Assembly: GCA_965219455.1 (NCBI GenBank)
Contig: OZ244744.1
Span: 4,096,001-4,160,000 of the forward strand
Length of the DNA stretch: 64,000 nt
Reading direction: 5' to 3'
From: Candidatus Latescibacterota bacterium
Lineage (GTDB): Bacteria; Latescibacterota; UBA2968; GCA-2709665
The notes under the pieces are model-generated. The model saw only the letters and a list, made by a program, of their open reading frames with translations, ran no database searches and had not been told where the DNA came from. Position 1 is the first letter of the stretch. Every line of letters starts with the position of its first letter. The translations under genes were made by a program, and so were the position numbers. Below, piece by piece: positions 1 through 10,400 of this stretch.

Positions 1-842
1 ACGGATCGAGCAAATATTTCCGCCCGACCCTCTTCGTCGCGGCGGTCAGGGCGGCGCTGGGTCGACCGACGGTTCTGCACGGCGTAGACGGAATGCCGCC
101 GAAATGGGGGGTCACCGACGAACAGATCCTGAAGGCGCTGGGGGCAAGCGTAGATCTCACTCTGCAACAGGCCGGGCGTCTGATTGAGAACCCAAATGTG
201 GGTTTTGCCTACGTCAGCCAGCGCATTTTCTCACCAGAGGCTTACGCTGCCAGGGAACTCCGTGCGCATATTGGAAAACGGCCTCCCTGGGCGGCAACGG
301 AGAAAGCCCAGCAGCTTTTCACGTGTCCAGGCAAGAACCACATGGTCGTCGGCTACTACCATCCGGGCTACGAAGATATGTTTCTTCAACTGGCAAAGGA
401 TCGCGGTCTCAACTCCGGCCTTGTCGTGAAGGGTATCGAAGGCGCCGGTTCCTTCGGCCTCCGACTGGGCAAACCCTCCGACGGCGAACGAAAGGCCATC
501 AACAATATACGGGGCTTCAAAACCAGCGCAGCGAGACTCGAATCCTACGATCGCGACATTGACCCGGCTGCCGCAGGATTCTGTTATAACCGGCATCCGC
601 GCCCCGAAACCGTATGTGCGGAAGCCTTCGCAAAAGCGGGCTATGCCGCGCTTTCCGGACAAAGAGGCTGGGTCTACGACCAGATCGTGCTCAACGCCGC
701 AATTAAAGACAATTTACTCGGATTTGATGTCGATCCATCCGCGGCAATCGAACGCGCAAAGGGCGCTATTGACAGCCGCCGCGCCGTGGCGCACCTGAAC
801 GCATACGTCGAAGCATCGAACGGAGTCGTACCTGAAGCGTAA
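1..842 (+). CDS. Anthranilate phosphoribosyltransferase-like (glycosyltransferase family 3 / YbiB-like) protein, 5'-truncated by window edge
   Basis: Frame is open from position 3 (GSSKYFRPTLFVAAVRAALGRPTVLHGVDGMPPKWGVT). LHG..MPPK.GVT, R..IGKRPP.AT.EK and VKGIEG motifs are typical of TrpD-like proteins. Confidence 0.75.
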   Translation, partial: GSSKYFRPTLFVAAVRAALGRPTVLHGVDGMPPKWGVTDEQILKALGASVDLTLQQAGRLIENPNVGFAYVSQRIFSPEAYAARELRAHIGKRPPWAATEKAQQLFTCPGKNHMVVGYYHPGYEDMFLQLAKDRGLNSGLVVKGIEGAGSFGLRLGKPSDGERKAINNIRGFKTSAARLESYDRDIDPAAAGFCYNRHPRPETVCAEAFAKAGYAALSGQRGWVYDQIVLNAAIKDNLLGFDVDPSAAIERAKGAIDSRRAVAHLNAYVEASNGVVPEA

Positions 843-878
843 TGTAATCATCGGTTCGAAACGAAGGGAACCATCTCT

Positions 879-2414
879 ATGGACTCGGATGTCGTCGTCG
901 TTGGCGCCGGCCACAATGGCCTCACCGCCGCTGCCTATCTCGCAAAATCCGGGCTAAACGTCCGGGTGTTTGAACGCCGGTCCTTTGTCGGCGGCGCCTC
1001 CATCACAGAAGAACTCTGGCCGGGGTTCCATTTCTCAACCTGCGCCCACATGATCCATGGCCTGCCCCCGAAAATAATACGGGATCTCGAACTCTACGAA
1101 CGTGGTATGAAGATGCTGCCGCGCGAGGGGTACATCCGCCTCCGCGCCGACGGCACCTATCATGGACCCTCAGATCACGACTCTCCCAGAAATCGAACCC
1201 ACGGGAGCCGCCTCACCAATACCGAACGCGCGGACTCACGTCGGTACGGTGAGTTCAAGCGCATTCTCTCTGATATCGTCACCCCTTATAGATTCCAGGC
1301 GCCCCCACCCCTGGACGAAGTACGTTCCCGGATAGCCGGTACTCCAGCGGCCGGCGTGCTCGAGAGAGCCATTTCCACCCGAATCCGGGAACTTCAGGAC
1401 GAGTTCCTCTCTACCGACCACCTGAAGGATCTCCACGCCTCGGAGGGTGCCTCCGTCGGCCGGAATCCCCTTGGGCTGCACTTTGCCTACGGTTCCATCA
1501 ACCGCCCCGACACCGAAACCGGGGAAGCCCATCCTTATGGCTACGTTTCAGGCGGAATGGGCGCCGTCAGCGATGCAATTGCCGAGGCAGCGCGAGAGAC
1601 GGGCGCGGCCATCCACCTCGATGCAGGCGTCGAGGGATTCCTCGTGGAAGACAATGCCGTTATCGGTGTCCGCCTGGAAAACGGGGAGGAGGTCCGCAGC
1701 CGCATCACCGTTTCCAACCTGGACCCCAAGCACACCTTCCTCAGACTCATGCCGTCCGAATGGGTGGACGCCCGGTTGCGCAGGCGTCTTGAAGGCCTGA
1801 TTACCCACGTAAGCTGTTACAAACTCCTCGCCGTTATCAGCGAAGCGCCGCAGTGGAAGTATTGGGACGGGGACCCGGAACAACCCTACCGGGGGGCGAT
1901 CACCCTTCACGCCTCAAGGGCGGAAATCGACGCGGCCTATGACGAGTTGGAAGCCGGTCTGCCCGTGCGCAAACCCGTTATCAGTTTTTCGATGCCGTCG
2001 TTCGCAGACCCCGCCCTCAGCCGACCGGGCTATCACACCGCCTCCGTGTGGATCTATCCGGCGCCCGCAAGCCTGCGCTCCGGCAAGTGGGACGACGTCC
2101 GGGAAGAGGTCGCGGAAGGGATCATAGACCAGATCACCGAGTTTGCGCCCAACTTCAGGTCCTCCATACGAAACTACATCTTCCGAACGCCCCAGGACAT
2201 CGAACGGGAAAACGGCCTGACGGACGGGTGTATCTGGCATGTACAACACGCCGGCGAGCATCTCTTCTGGAACCGGCCCCTTCCGGAACTCTCGCAGTAT
2301 CGAGCGCCGCAAAAAGGCCTGTACCTCTGCGGCGCGGGACAGCATCCCGGCGGCGAAGTGAGTGGTATTCCAGGCCACAATGCCGCGCAGGAAATCCTCA
2401 AGGATCTGGCATGA
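879..2414 (+). CDS. Phytoene dehydrogenase-like NAD(P)/FAD-dependent oxidoreductase
   Basis: N-terminal VVVGAGHNGLTAAAYLA FAD motif, ERR..VGG, GGMGAVS, and C-terminal GLYLCGAGQHPGGEVSGIPGHNAA. Confidence 0.9.
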   Translation: MDSDVVVVGAGHNGLTAAAYLAKSGLNVRVFERRSFVGGASITEELWPGFHFSTCAHMIHGLPPKIIRDLELYERGMKMLPREGYIRLRADGTYHGPSDHDSPRNRTHGSRLTNTERADSRRYGEFKRILSDIVTPYRFQAPPPLDEVRSRIAGTPAAGVLERAISTRIRELQDEFLSTDHLKDLHASEGASVGRNPLGLHFAYGSINRPDTETGEAHPYGYVSGGMGAVSDAIAEAARETGAAIHLDAGVEGFLVEDNAVIGVRLENGEEVRSRITVSNLDPKHTFLRLMPSEWVDARLRRRLEGLITHVSCYKLLAVISEAPQWKYWDGDPEQPYRGAITLHASRAEIDAAYDELEAGLPVRKPVISFSMPSFADPALSRPGYHTASVWIYPAPASLRSGKWDDVREEVAEGIIDQITEFAPNFRSSIRNYIFRTPQDIERENGLTDGCIWHVQHAGEHLFWNRPLPELSQYRAPQKGLYLCGAGQHPGGEVSGIPGHNAAQEILKDLA

Positions 2415-2550
2415 TGCTCGAATCCACCGGACCGAAGGGTCGCCCGTTGGTCCCTTTCTCACCCACTGGGAGAGGGACGTCGCGCGTCATGCCGCCGATC
2501 GAGCGCTATCTCAAGTATCACCCTCACGTCCCCTTCTTTTAGGGTGCCCC

Positions 2551-5508
2551 ATGCCTGGCGAACATTTCATCGCCTCCGAACGGATCGCCAACGCGCGTCG
2601 CAACATTGAACAAATGCCCTGGGCTGCCGCCGAACGGGACGCTGCCGTCGATTGTGCCCGACGCTGGCTTGACCTGGACGATGACGCCCTGTGGACACTG
2701 GTTGCCGGGCAAACCACCGGTCGCAGCACCAACGCGAGCGTCTCCAAAGGGTGTCCGCAATGCGGCGACGGCATCAATCGCTATGGGGGTGCCTTCAAAG
2801 TGGACGTTCTCCGCGACCCCTGGAAGATCATCTGCCCCAACTGCAGCGGCCGTTTCCCCAGCAACGACTTTGCCGCTTTTTACAAGAGCGGCAAAGGCCC
2901 CGACGGACTCTTTCATCCCGAGAAAGCCGACCGTAGCCTGCTCTTCAATACCCAACATCCTGATAGCAACGACCCCCTTTACGCGTGGTGCGTGGACGAC
3001 GGTACTGGCTGGACCGACGACACCGGAGAATCATTCAAACTCGTTGGCGTCTATGGACACCATGGCATCTGGAACGAAATACGGTCCGCCTGCCAGGGGT
3101 TGAAGCGGGCATACCTGCTCACGGGCGACCCCATGTACGCCCACAAAGCCGGCATCCTGCTGGCCAGAATCGCCGACGTCTATCCCGACATGCACTGGTC
3201 CTACTGGGCGAGACTCGGATTCTTCAACTCGGACGGATTGAGCGGACGGGGTCGTATCTACGGCCGCATCTGGGAGCCGGGCCTGCTCATCACCTTCACG
3301 GAATGTTATGACGCCGTCCGAACGGCGTGGCGGGATGACGACCCACTCTTCACTTTCCTCTCACGTAAACAAAACGTCCACGGTTTGTTTTCCCGGAACA
3401 ACGTGGACGAACTGTGCCGCCATATTGAAGATCGTATCATCCGCGAGGGCATTGCCGCCATCCTCGCGGGCGACGTCGCCCGAAACGAACCCGGCGATCA
3501 GGTCACGATGGCCGTCCTCTCCGTTGCCCTGGATGCGGAAGATACCGATCACTGGCTGGACTGGGTCTTCAAAGCCGGCAAACTGCGCGGTCAAAAACCG
3601 AACGGCGGTCACATCCCGAAACTCTTCGCGGGAGAAATCGACCGGGACGGTATCGGCTCCGAAGCCGCGCCTTCCTACAGCTTGGGCTGGCTCCACAAAT
3701 CCCAGGGTATGAACGATCTGGACCGTGTACTCAGATGCCGGCGCTCGTACACCCGTCACAACGTCCGCGGATATTTCCGGTACAAGCAGATGTTTCTGGG
3801 CCACATTCGCATGATCTGCCTGGGGAAATACATCCCCAACATTGGCGACACGGGCCACACGGGCAGCCCCAACCTTTGCGGTCTCACCGCCGAGCAATGT
3901 CTGGAGGGCCTTGAGCTGTTCGGCGATCCCATTTTCGCCAGGGCCGCTCACCACCTCGTTGGCGGAGATCTGACACGGATTCACGGCAGCATCTTCGACG
4001 AGGATCCGGAAGCCATCCGGCGTCGCGTGACAGAGACCGTAGCGCAACACGGACCCTTCCGCCTCGATTCTGACGTGATGGCGGGGTACGGTCTGGCCCT
4101 GCTCAGAGACGGCACGGATGAAACCGAACGCACCCTCTGGCTCTACTACGGCCGCAACACCGGCCATGGGCATGCGGACCGATTAAATCTGGGTCTCTAC
4201 GCCTTCGGCTTGGACCTGTTGCCTGACCTGGGCTATCCCGAACACGCGCGCGTATGGCCCAAACGCTCAGGCTGGACAAGCCATACCGTCTCCCACAACA
4301 CGGTCCTGGTTGACCGAAGCAAGCAGATTGGCGATTATTCCGGAAAGGTCGACCTCTATGCAACCACGGAGGAAGCTCAGGTGGTCTCCGTTTCATCGAC
4401 CGACGTCTACCCACAGTGCTCGATCTACCGTCGCACCAGCGCGCTTGTGCGCATCTCCGATACGGACTTCTATGTGGCAGACCTTTTCCAGGTCTCCGGC
4501 GGTAATTCCCACCACTTTCTCTTCCATGCAGCCGAAGGGATCGTCCGGACTGAGGGTCTCGACCTAACGCCGCAGGATAAAGGCACCTACGCAGGCGAAG
4601 ACGTCAAGTTCGGAGAATTTTACGATGGCGAAGTTCGCAACTATAGTGGCAGCGGCTTCCAGTACCTCTACGACGTAAAGCGGTGTGCGGCCCCGGTCGG
4701 CACGGTCTCCGTCGACTGGACCATTACCGATACGTGGCAGGTGCTCCCCGCATCACCCAGGCCCGGCGCTCCAACCGACATCCACCTGCGATGGAATTTG
4801 ATGAACGCACCTGGCGAGATTGCCCTCTGTCACGGCGATCCACCCCTCAACAAACCCGGTAACCCCCGGTGTTTGACCTACGGCATTGTCGCCCATGAGG
4901 GTAAAACGCCCCTCAATTCCGGCTATTTGAGCCTCATCGAAGCTTTCAGAAAAAACCGGAATATTGTGCAAATTGAAGAAATCGACCTCCCTGGCGGACC
5001 CGTTCTCCGTGCGCTAAGAGTCCGCCTGCCGGACGAATATACCCACACAGTCATTTTCGGCGACGGGCACACCTCCATTAACATAGACGGCCGCATTCGC
5101 TTCGACGGCATTTTCGGAATCTTTGCCGAATCGAAAAACGGTCCGCAATGGGCCACGCTCGTCGGCGGGACTATCTTAGGTACCGAATCTCACGCCATCC
5201 GGAAAGCGGAAGCCGCCTGGACCGGCATCGTCTCCACCCACGAGCCCGGGGTCATCCACGCAGCCGGTCCACCACCCAACCGACCCCTTGCAGGCGCTTA
5301 CATCTCCATCCGGAACGATAACGAACGCGATGCCTGCTATCGGATCCGGAGCGTCGAGCGCAAAAACAATAAGACCCTCATCCACGTCGGCGATGAAAAT
5401 TTCATCCGCGGAATGGTGGACGACCTGGATGACACAAAAGGATTCCGCTACGACTTTGAATCGGGTGACGCGTTTAAAGTTGTCCACACCGCATTTGAAC
5501 GCTGGTAA
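2551..5508 (+). CDS. Heparinase II/III-like polysaccharide lyase
   Basis: GHGHADRLNLGLYAFG..L.PDLGY and TVSHNTVLVD motifs, plus an N-terminal CPQC/CPNC pair. Start set at ATG 2551 because the ORF-track start at 2362 overlaps the upstream gene. Confidence 0.75.
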   Translation: MPGEHFIASERIANARRNIEQMPWAAAERDAAVDCARRWLDLDDDALWTLVAGQTTGRSTNASVSKGCPQCGDGINRYGGAFKVDVLRDPWKIICPNCSGRFPSNDFAAFYKSGKGPDGLFHPEKADRSLLFNTQHPDSNDPLYAWCVDDGTGWTDDTGESFKLVGVYGHHGIWNEIRSACQGLKRAYLLTGDPMYAHKAGILLARIADVYPDMHWSYWARLGFFNSDGLSGRGRIYGRIWEPGLLITFTECYDAVRTAWRDDDPLFTFLSRKQNVHGLFSRNNVDELCRHIEDRIIREGIAAILAGDVARNEPGDQVTMAVLSVALDAEDTDHWLDWVFKAGKLRGQKPNGGHIPKLFAGEIDRDGIGSEAAPSYSLGWLHKSQGMNDLDRVLRCRRSYTRHNVRGYFRYKQMFLGHIRMICLGKYIPNIGDTGHTGSPNLCGLTAEQCLEGLELFGDPIFARAAHHLVGGDLTRIHGSIFDEDPEAIRRRVTETVAQHGPFRLDSDVMAGYGLALLRDGTDETERTLWLYYGRNTGHGHADRLNLGLYAFGLDLLPDLGYPEHARVWPKRSGWTSHTVSHNTVLVDRSKQIGDYSGKVDLYATTEEAQVVSVSSTDVYPQCSIYRRTSALVRISDTDFYVADLFQVSGGNSHHFLFHAAEGIVRTEGLDLTPQDKGTYAGEDVKFGEFYDGEVRNYSGSGFQYLYDVKRCAAPVGTVSVDWTITDTWQVLPASPRPGAPTDIHLRWNLMNAPGEIALCHGDPPLNKPGNPRCLTYGIVAHEGKTPLNSGYLSLIEAFRKNRNIVQIEEIDLPGGPVLRALRVRLPDEYTHTVIFGDGHTSINIDGRIRFDGIFGIFAESKNGPQWATLVGGTILGTESHAIRKAEAAWTGIVSTHEPGVIHAAGPPPNRPLAGAYISIRNDNERDACYRIRSVERKNNKTLIHVGDENFIRGMVDDLDDTKGFRYDFESGDAFKVVHTAFERW

Positions 5509-5670
5509 AATTGAATGAGAATCAAGAACCTGCAACTGGCGCCGAATTTTTCTTCTGATTTCGTCCCGAAATTTCGTCCCGTACGTTATAATGGCGGAAA
5601 CACCACGAATTGTTGAGTTTACGTTGCCTGTGGTAAGATCCGCAGATTTTCACTTAAAATTCTGATTTTT

Positions 5671-6033
5671 ATGTCTCAAGCCCTTCTCATTGTAGATCAT
5701 GGCTCCACCCGGGACGAAGCCAATCGAATGCTGGAAGACGTTGCGGACGTCGTGCGGCGAAAACGTCCCGGGCTGATCGTACATATCGCCCATATGGAAC
5801 TCGCCCACCCCACCCTGGAAGAAGGCGTTGAAGCCTGCGTTCGCGACGGTGCAGCCGAGGTCATCGTTCACCCCTACATGCTCTCGCCCGGCCGCCACGC
5901 CGCTCACGACATCCCGGATATGGTTACACAAACCGCGGTCCGTTTTCCGGGCGTCAGGTTCCGGGTCACCGGCCCCCTGGGTATCCACGACAAAATCGGT
6001 GAGGTCGTCATCGAACGTGCCGGACTTGAATAG
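5671..6033 (+). CDS. CbiX/SirB family short tetrapyrrole chelatase
   Basis: LLIVDHGS, AHMELAHP and PYMLSPGRHAAHDIP motifs; 120 aa single domain. Confidence 0.88.
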   Translation: MSQALLIVDHGSTRDEANRMLEDVADVVRRKRPGLIVHIAHMELAHPTLEEGVEACVRDGAAEVIVHPYMLSPGRHAAHDIPDMVTQTAVRFPGVRFRVTGPLGIHDKIGEVVIERAGLE

Positions 6034-6035
6034 GT

Positions 6036-7304
6036 ATGCCAGGTCGTGAGGTCTCCTTGCGGCAGCCCGCTGCCATCAACGCCGCCTTACGGCCGCCAGG
6101 TACTCCGATGCCCGTAACGCAACGTCCCATGCTCAGGGTTTGTCTGATCACCTGTGCACACACGACGGTGGATTTCTACATGACCCTGTTCCCACCGTTG
6201 CTCGCCCTGTTTAAAAACCTCTACGGGCTTTCGCTGGTGGAGGCCTCCCTCCTTCCCATGGTCGTTTCTCTTTTCGGTAACATTCCACAACCGTTTATGG
6301 GCTACCTTGCCGACCGGACCAATCGAATGCGCCTGGCCTCGCTCGGCGTGCTGGCGTGCGGTCTTTTCGTATCCGTAATCGGCGTGTTACCCTCGGCAGG
6401 CGTGCTGGCCGTCTTTCTGGTTCTGGCCTCGCTCGGTTCATCCCTTTTTCATCCGACTGCCGGGGGCCTCGTGACGACTTCGTTGCCCAGGCGCACCAAC
6501 TTCGCAATGGCCGTCTTCCTCACTGGCGGTCCTCTGGGCATGGCCATCGCTCCCGTAACCGGGACGCAGATTGTTGCACGATACGGACTGGATACCCTCT
6601 GGATCGTTGTTTTTCCATGTCTCGTGGCCGCCGCTGTGCTATCCCGCCTGTCGAAGACAACAACCTCGGAAGAAAGGGCGAAACCTTCCGTCCGTATCAA
6701 CTTCGCTCTCTTGAGGGCGGCGGCGATGCGGCCGCTGTGGATCCTCTATGCAATCGCGGTATGTCGATCACTGGTACACGCTGCCTGTGTCAGCTTCATA
6801 TCCATCGTAGGTTTCGACAGGACGTGGGACATCTCCAAAATCGGCTGGGTGTTGTCCGCCTACCTGATCGCGGCCACGCTGGGCCGCCTGGCCGGCGGAT
6901 ATCTCGGCGACCGCGTGGCTCCCCGCAAGCTTCTGGGGTGGTCCTGTGCGTTCTCTACCGTTTTCTACGTTGTCTTTTGCTTCACTTCCGGACCCGTTTC
7001 TCTGGTTTGTTTTCTGTTCGCCGGGTTCATTTTCGACCTCGGCGCCACCACCAACATTGTGTTGGCGCAGCGTATCCTGCCGCAACACGCCAGTATGGCC
7101 ACCGGTCTGGTGATGGGATTTGCGTGGGGTGTCTCGGGTCTGCTCCTTCCCGGGATCGGACTCCTTGCAGACATCACGTCCATCGGTTTTGCTCTGGCGT
7201 GCGTCTCTCTCATTCTACTTCCCTCCGCCGCGCTTGTCGCGGCCCTGCCCGACCCGCCCCACCGGGAAAACGCCGTAGCAGCTTCCGATCGCCAAACGAC
7301 ATAA
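6036..7304 (+). CDS. MFS transporter (Fsr-like)
   Basis: About 12 TM segments; H..VD, QPFMGYLADR, FHP and GGYLGDR motifs. True start may be ATG 6108 or 6130. Confidence 0.85.
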   Translation: MPGREVSLRQPAAINAALRPPGTPMPVTQRPMLRVCLITCAHTTVDFYMTLFPPLLALFKNLYGLSLVEASLLPMVVSLFGNIPQPFMGYLADRTNRMRLASLGVLACGLFVSVIGVLPSAGVLAVFLVLASLGSSLFHPTAGGLVTTSLPRRTNFAMAVFLTGGPLGMAIAPVTGTQIVARYGLDTLWIVVFPCLVAAAVLSRLSKTTTSEERAKPSVRINFALLRAAAMRPLWILYAIAVCRSLVHAACVSFISIVGFDRTWDISKIGWVLSAYLIAATLGRLAGGYLGDRVAPRKLLGWSCAFSTVFYVVFCFTSGPVSLVCFLFAGFIFDLGATTNIVLAQRILPQHASMATGLVMGFAWGVSGLLLPGIGLLADITSIGFALACVSLILLPSAALVAALPDPPHRENAVAASDRQTT

Positions 7305-7407
7305 ACGGAACCTTGGGGTGGATACCCCGTCCATAGTGAAAAGGCCGGTGAGAAACGGTGGATCAAATTCGTACGGTATCGATATATTATAATCCGGGAG
7401 CCGGACA

Positions 7408-10400
7408 TTGAATCGAACCATCGGAAAGCACGTGACACCTGTCATATTTCAACTCCTGGTATTAGTTCTTGCTTTCCGTTCCGCTACGGCCCAACCCGCC
7501 TACTCACCCGGACAAATTCTCGTCAAGTTCAAAACAGTGGCGGCCAAAACCGCTACCGGAGACCTGGCAAGCCTGCATGCACGATTTGGTGCGGGCACCC
7601 CCGAACCCGTGTTTCCGCGGGGTGCGGTTCTGTCCAAACGGGCGCGCGGATTCGAGCAGGTTTACCGCCTCGGTCTGGACCCCGACGTAAATCCGGCGGA
7701 AGCCGCCGCCGCATATTCCGAGCACCCGGACGTCGTCTATGCCCAGCCCATCCACCTCTTTTTCCATCACGACGCGCCGGACGACCCCCGCCTGCCCGAG
7801 CAGTACGGCCTGGAGCAGATCAGATGGCAGGCCTTGCGCGACGGGCTCCCGCCGGGTAAGCAGAACGTCGTCATCGCCATCATCGATTCCGGCGTGGACT
7901 ATACCCACGAAGACCTCGCCGGCAATATCTGGAGTAACCAGGTCGAAGCAACGGGCCGTCCAGGCGTTGACGACGACAACAACGGGTACGTGGACGACAT
8001 TCGCGGCTGGGACTTCACTCACACCCCGACACTTCCGGCAAAAGGCGACTACCTTGCCCCCGATAACGATCCGATGGACGAATCCAGCCATGGCACGCGT
8101 GTTGCGGGCATTGCCGCGGCTGTGACAAATAATGGCGTGGGCATCGCCGGCGTTGCGCCGGACGCCAGGATGATGGCCTTACGCGCCGGGGTTACCCTGC
8201 AATCCGATCTCACCTTTCTTGAGGAAGACGACCTGGCGGCGGCCATTCTCTATGCCGTGGAAAACGGAGCACATATCATCAATATGAGTTGGGGTGGACC
8301 GGAAAGTGCGTTCCTTATCCACGACGCGGTGCGCTATGCGGCTGCGAGTGGGCTTGTCCTCGTCAGTTCCGCTGGAAATAGCGGTGAATTCGGTCTGTCC
8401 TACCCCGCAGCCATGGACGAAACCATTGCCGTGGGGGCCACGGCGCCCCAGGACCGAATTGCCGGTTTCAGCAGCAGGGGAGTCCCGCTGGACCTGGTCG
8501 CACCAGGTGCCGGCACACTCACAACGATGCCACGGGATGCATACCGGCACGCCTCCGGCACGTCCTTCGCGGCGCCCCATATTTCGGGCCTGGCCGCGCT
8601 TATTCTCTCCCGTCGTCCTGAACTCGCTGTCGAACAGGTTCGTTCGCTGCTCGCCGCGTCCGTGATCGACCTCGGACCGAAGGGTTGGGACAGCAGCGCC
8701 GGCGCCGGCCGTATCGATGCGGCGATTCTGCTCGAAAATCTCACACGATGGGCCAATCCCCCCGTCGTGCGCATTGACCATCCCCAGACGGACGGCAGCG
8801 CCAGGCAGAGCTTTGACATCGTCGCTCGGGCCGATGGTCCGGATGTTGCCACCTACGAACTTTCCTGGGGCCTGGGTGAAGATCCTCAAACCTGGATCCG
8901 CCTCTCCGGTGGAACGTCAAATCCGGTCATCCGGCGCACCTGGACACCAGGTACGCCGACCGACACAACCGCCATCCTGCGGCTGACGGCTCGACTGACC
9001 GGCGGCACAATCCTGGAAGATCGCGTTAGAATTGGCATCCGGCGTGCTTCACCGGTTATATCAAAGGCGTCTTTCGCGCCTATACTCATAGGAAACCGCC
9101 AGACTTACCAGGCCGTCTGGCACACCCGGCACCCCACGCGGGGCGCTCTGATCTACCGTTCGTCTGCGGCGACGCGAGAAGACAGCCTCTTTTCGGACAT
9201 TGTCTACACCCGTCACAGCGTCACCCTGCCCCCGGACATCGCACCGGGACCTCTGGTATACCGGATTATGGCGCGGGACGCCGCCGGTCAGGCCGCGTTC
9301 TCCGAACCGATGACATTTACGGTAAATCCGCTGCGTATCTCCGCCCGTGGTTTTGTCCAGGTCGACACGTTGCCCGACGGGTTTCTTGCCAACGCGCCCG
9401 CCGACTTCGACATGGACGGACGATTGGAAATCGTACTGATGCCCTACGTTAGCGGCCGTCCTTACAACATGAACCGGATCATGGAACGTGACGACAATGG
9501 AAGCTTCACAACCGTCTTCCAGACCACTGAGTCGTTCCTTCCCTGGTCTGTGGGTGATGCAAACAACGACGGCCGAACCGACCTTCTCGGCATCAACTTT
9601 CCCCGCACCAACATCGCGCGCCTCCGGCTCTTTGTCGGGACTCCCTTCCCTTCCGAAACCCTTCTGGACCTGGCTCAAGCCGAGGGCGGGGAAATCGCCG
9701 ATATCGACGGCGATGGCAGAAACGAGATCGTGGCCCGGTCGGCTCTTACGCCGGGCATTCGGATCCTGAAGAGTACGCGGGAGGGCGCTTTCGTGGAAAC
9801 CGCCATGCTCCCGAACCCGACCGAAGGCTTCAACTGGCCGGGTCCACGGTTTGTCATTGCGGATTTGAACGACAATGGCCGGAAAGAAATCCTCTCCGGC
9901 GACGACGACGGCGACCTCTGGATCTACGAAGCTCGGCAGGGCGGCGGCTTCGAGGAGATCTGGAAAATAGCAGGCAGTGACAGCACCAACACCCAATGGA
10001 TAGGCGGCGGGGCCGATATTGACAATGACGGCGACGTGGAATTCGTCGTCGCCCGTGCGGAGGAAGACCGCAACGACGCGCTCAACGGTCGCTGGACCCT
10101 CGAGATCTACAGCCGGGACGGCCGCTCCTCCTACGCTCTGGAGTGGTCGATTCGTGTCTCGGGCGTGATTTCAACGGGTAACGGCATAGCAACGGGCGAT
10201 GTGGACGGCAACGGCATACCCGACCTGGCCGTCTGTCTGCGGCCGGATCTCTACCTCATCCGTGCCACGGGGCCGAATTCCTACGAGCCTTTCTGGCACG
10301 AAACCGTTTCGGTCACGCACCGTCCTCTCATTGCGGATTTGGACAAAGACGGTTACGTCGAGCTTCTCTACAACCGGGACGGCGCCGTGCGTCTGATGGA

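Noticed and set aside
2362-2550. N-terminal extensions given by the ORF track (also 49672 sucD, 50988 OMP, 54821, 61300, 18611)
   Set aside because: They overlap upstream genes, repeats or hairpins. Downstream starts fit RBS positions, signal peptides or family N-termini better.
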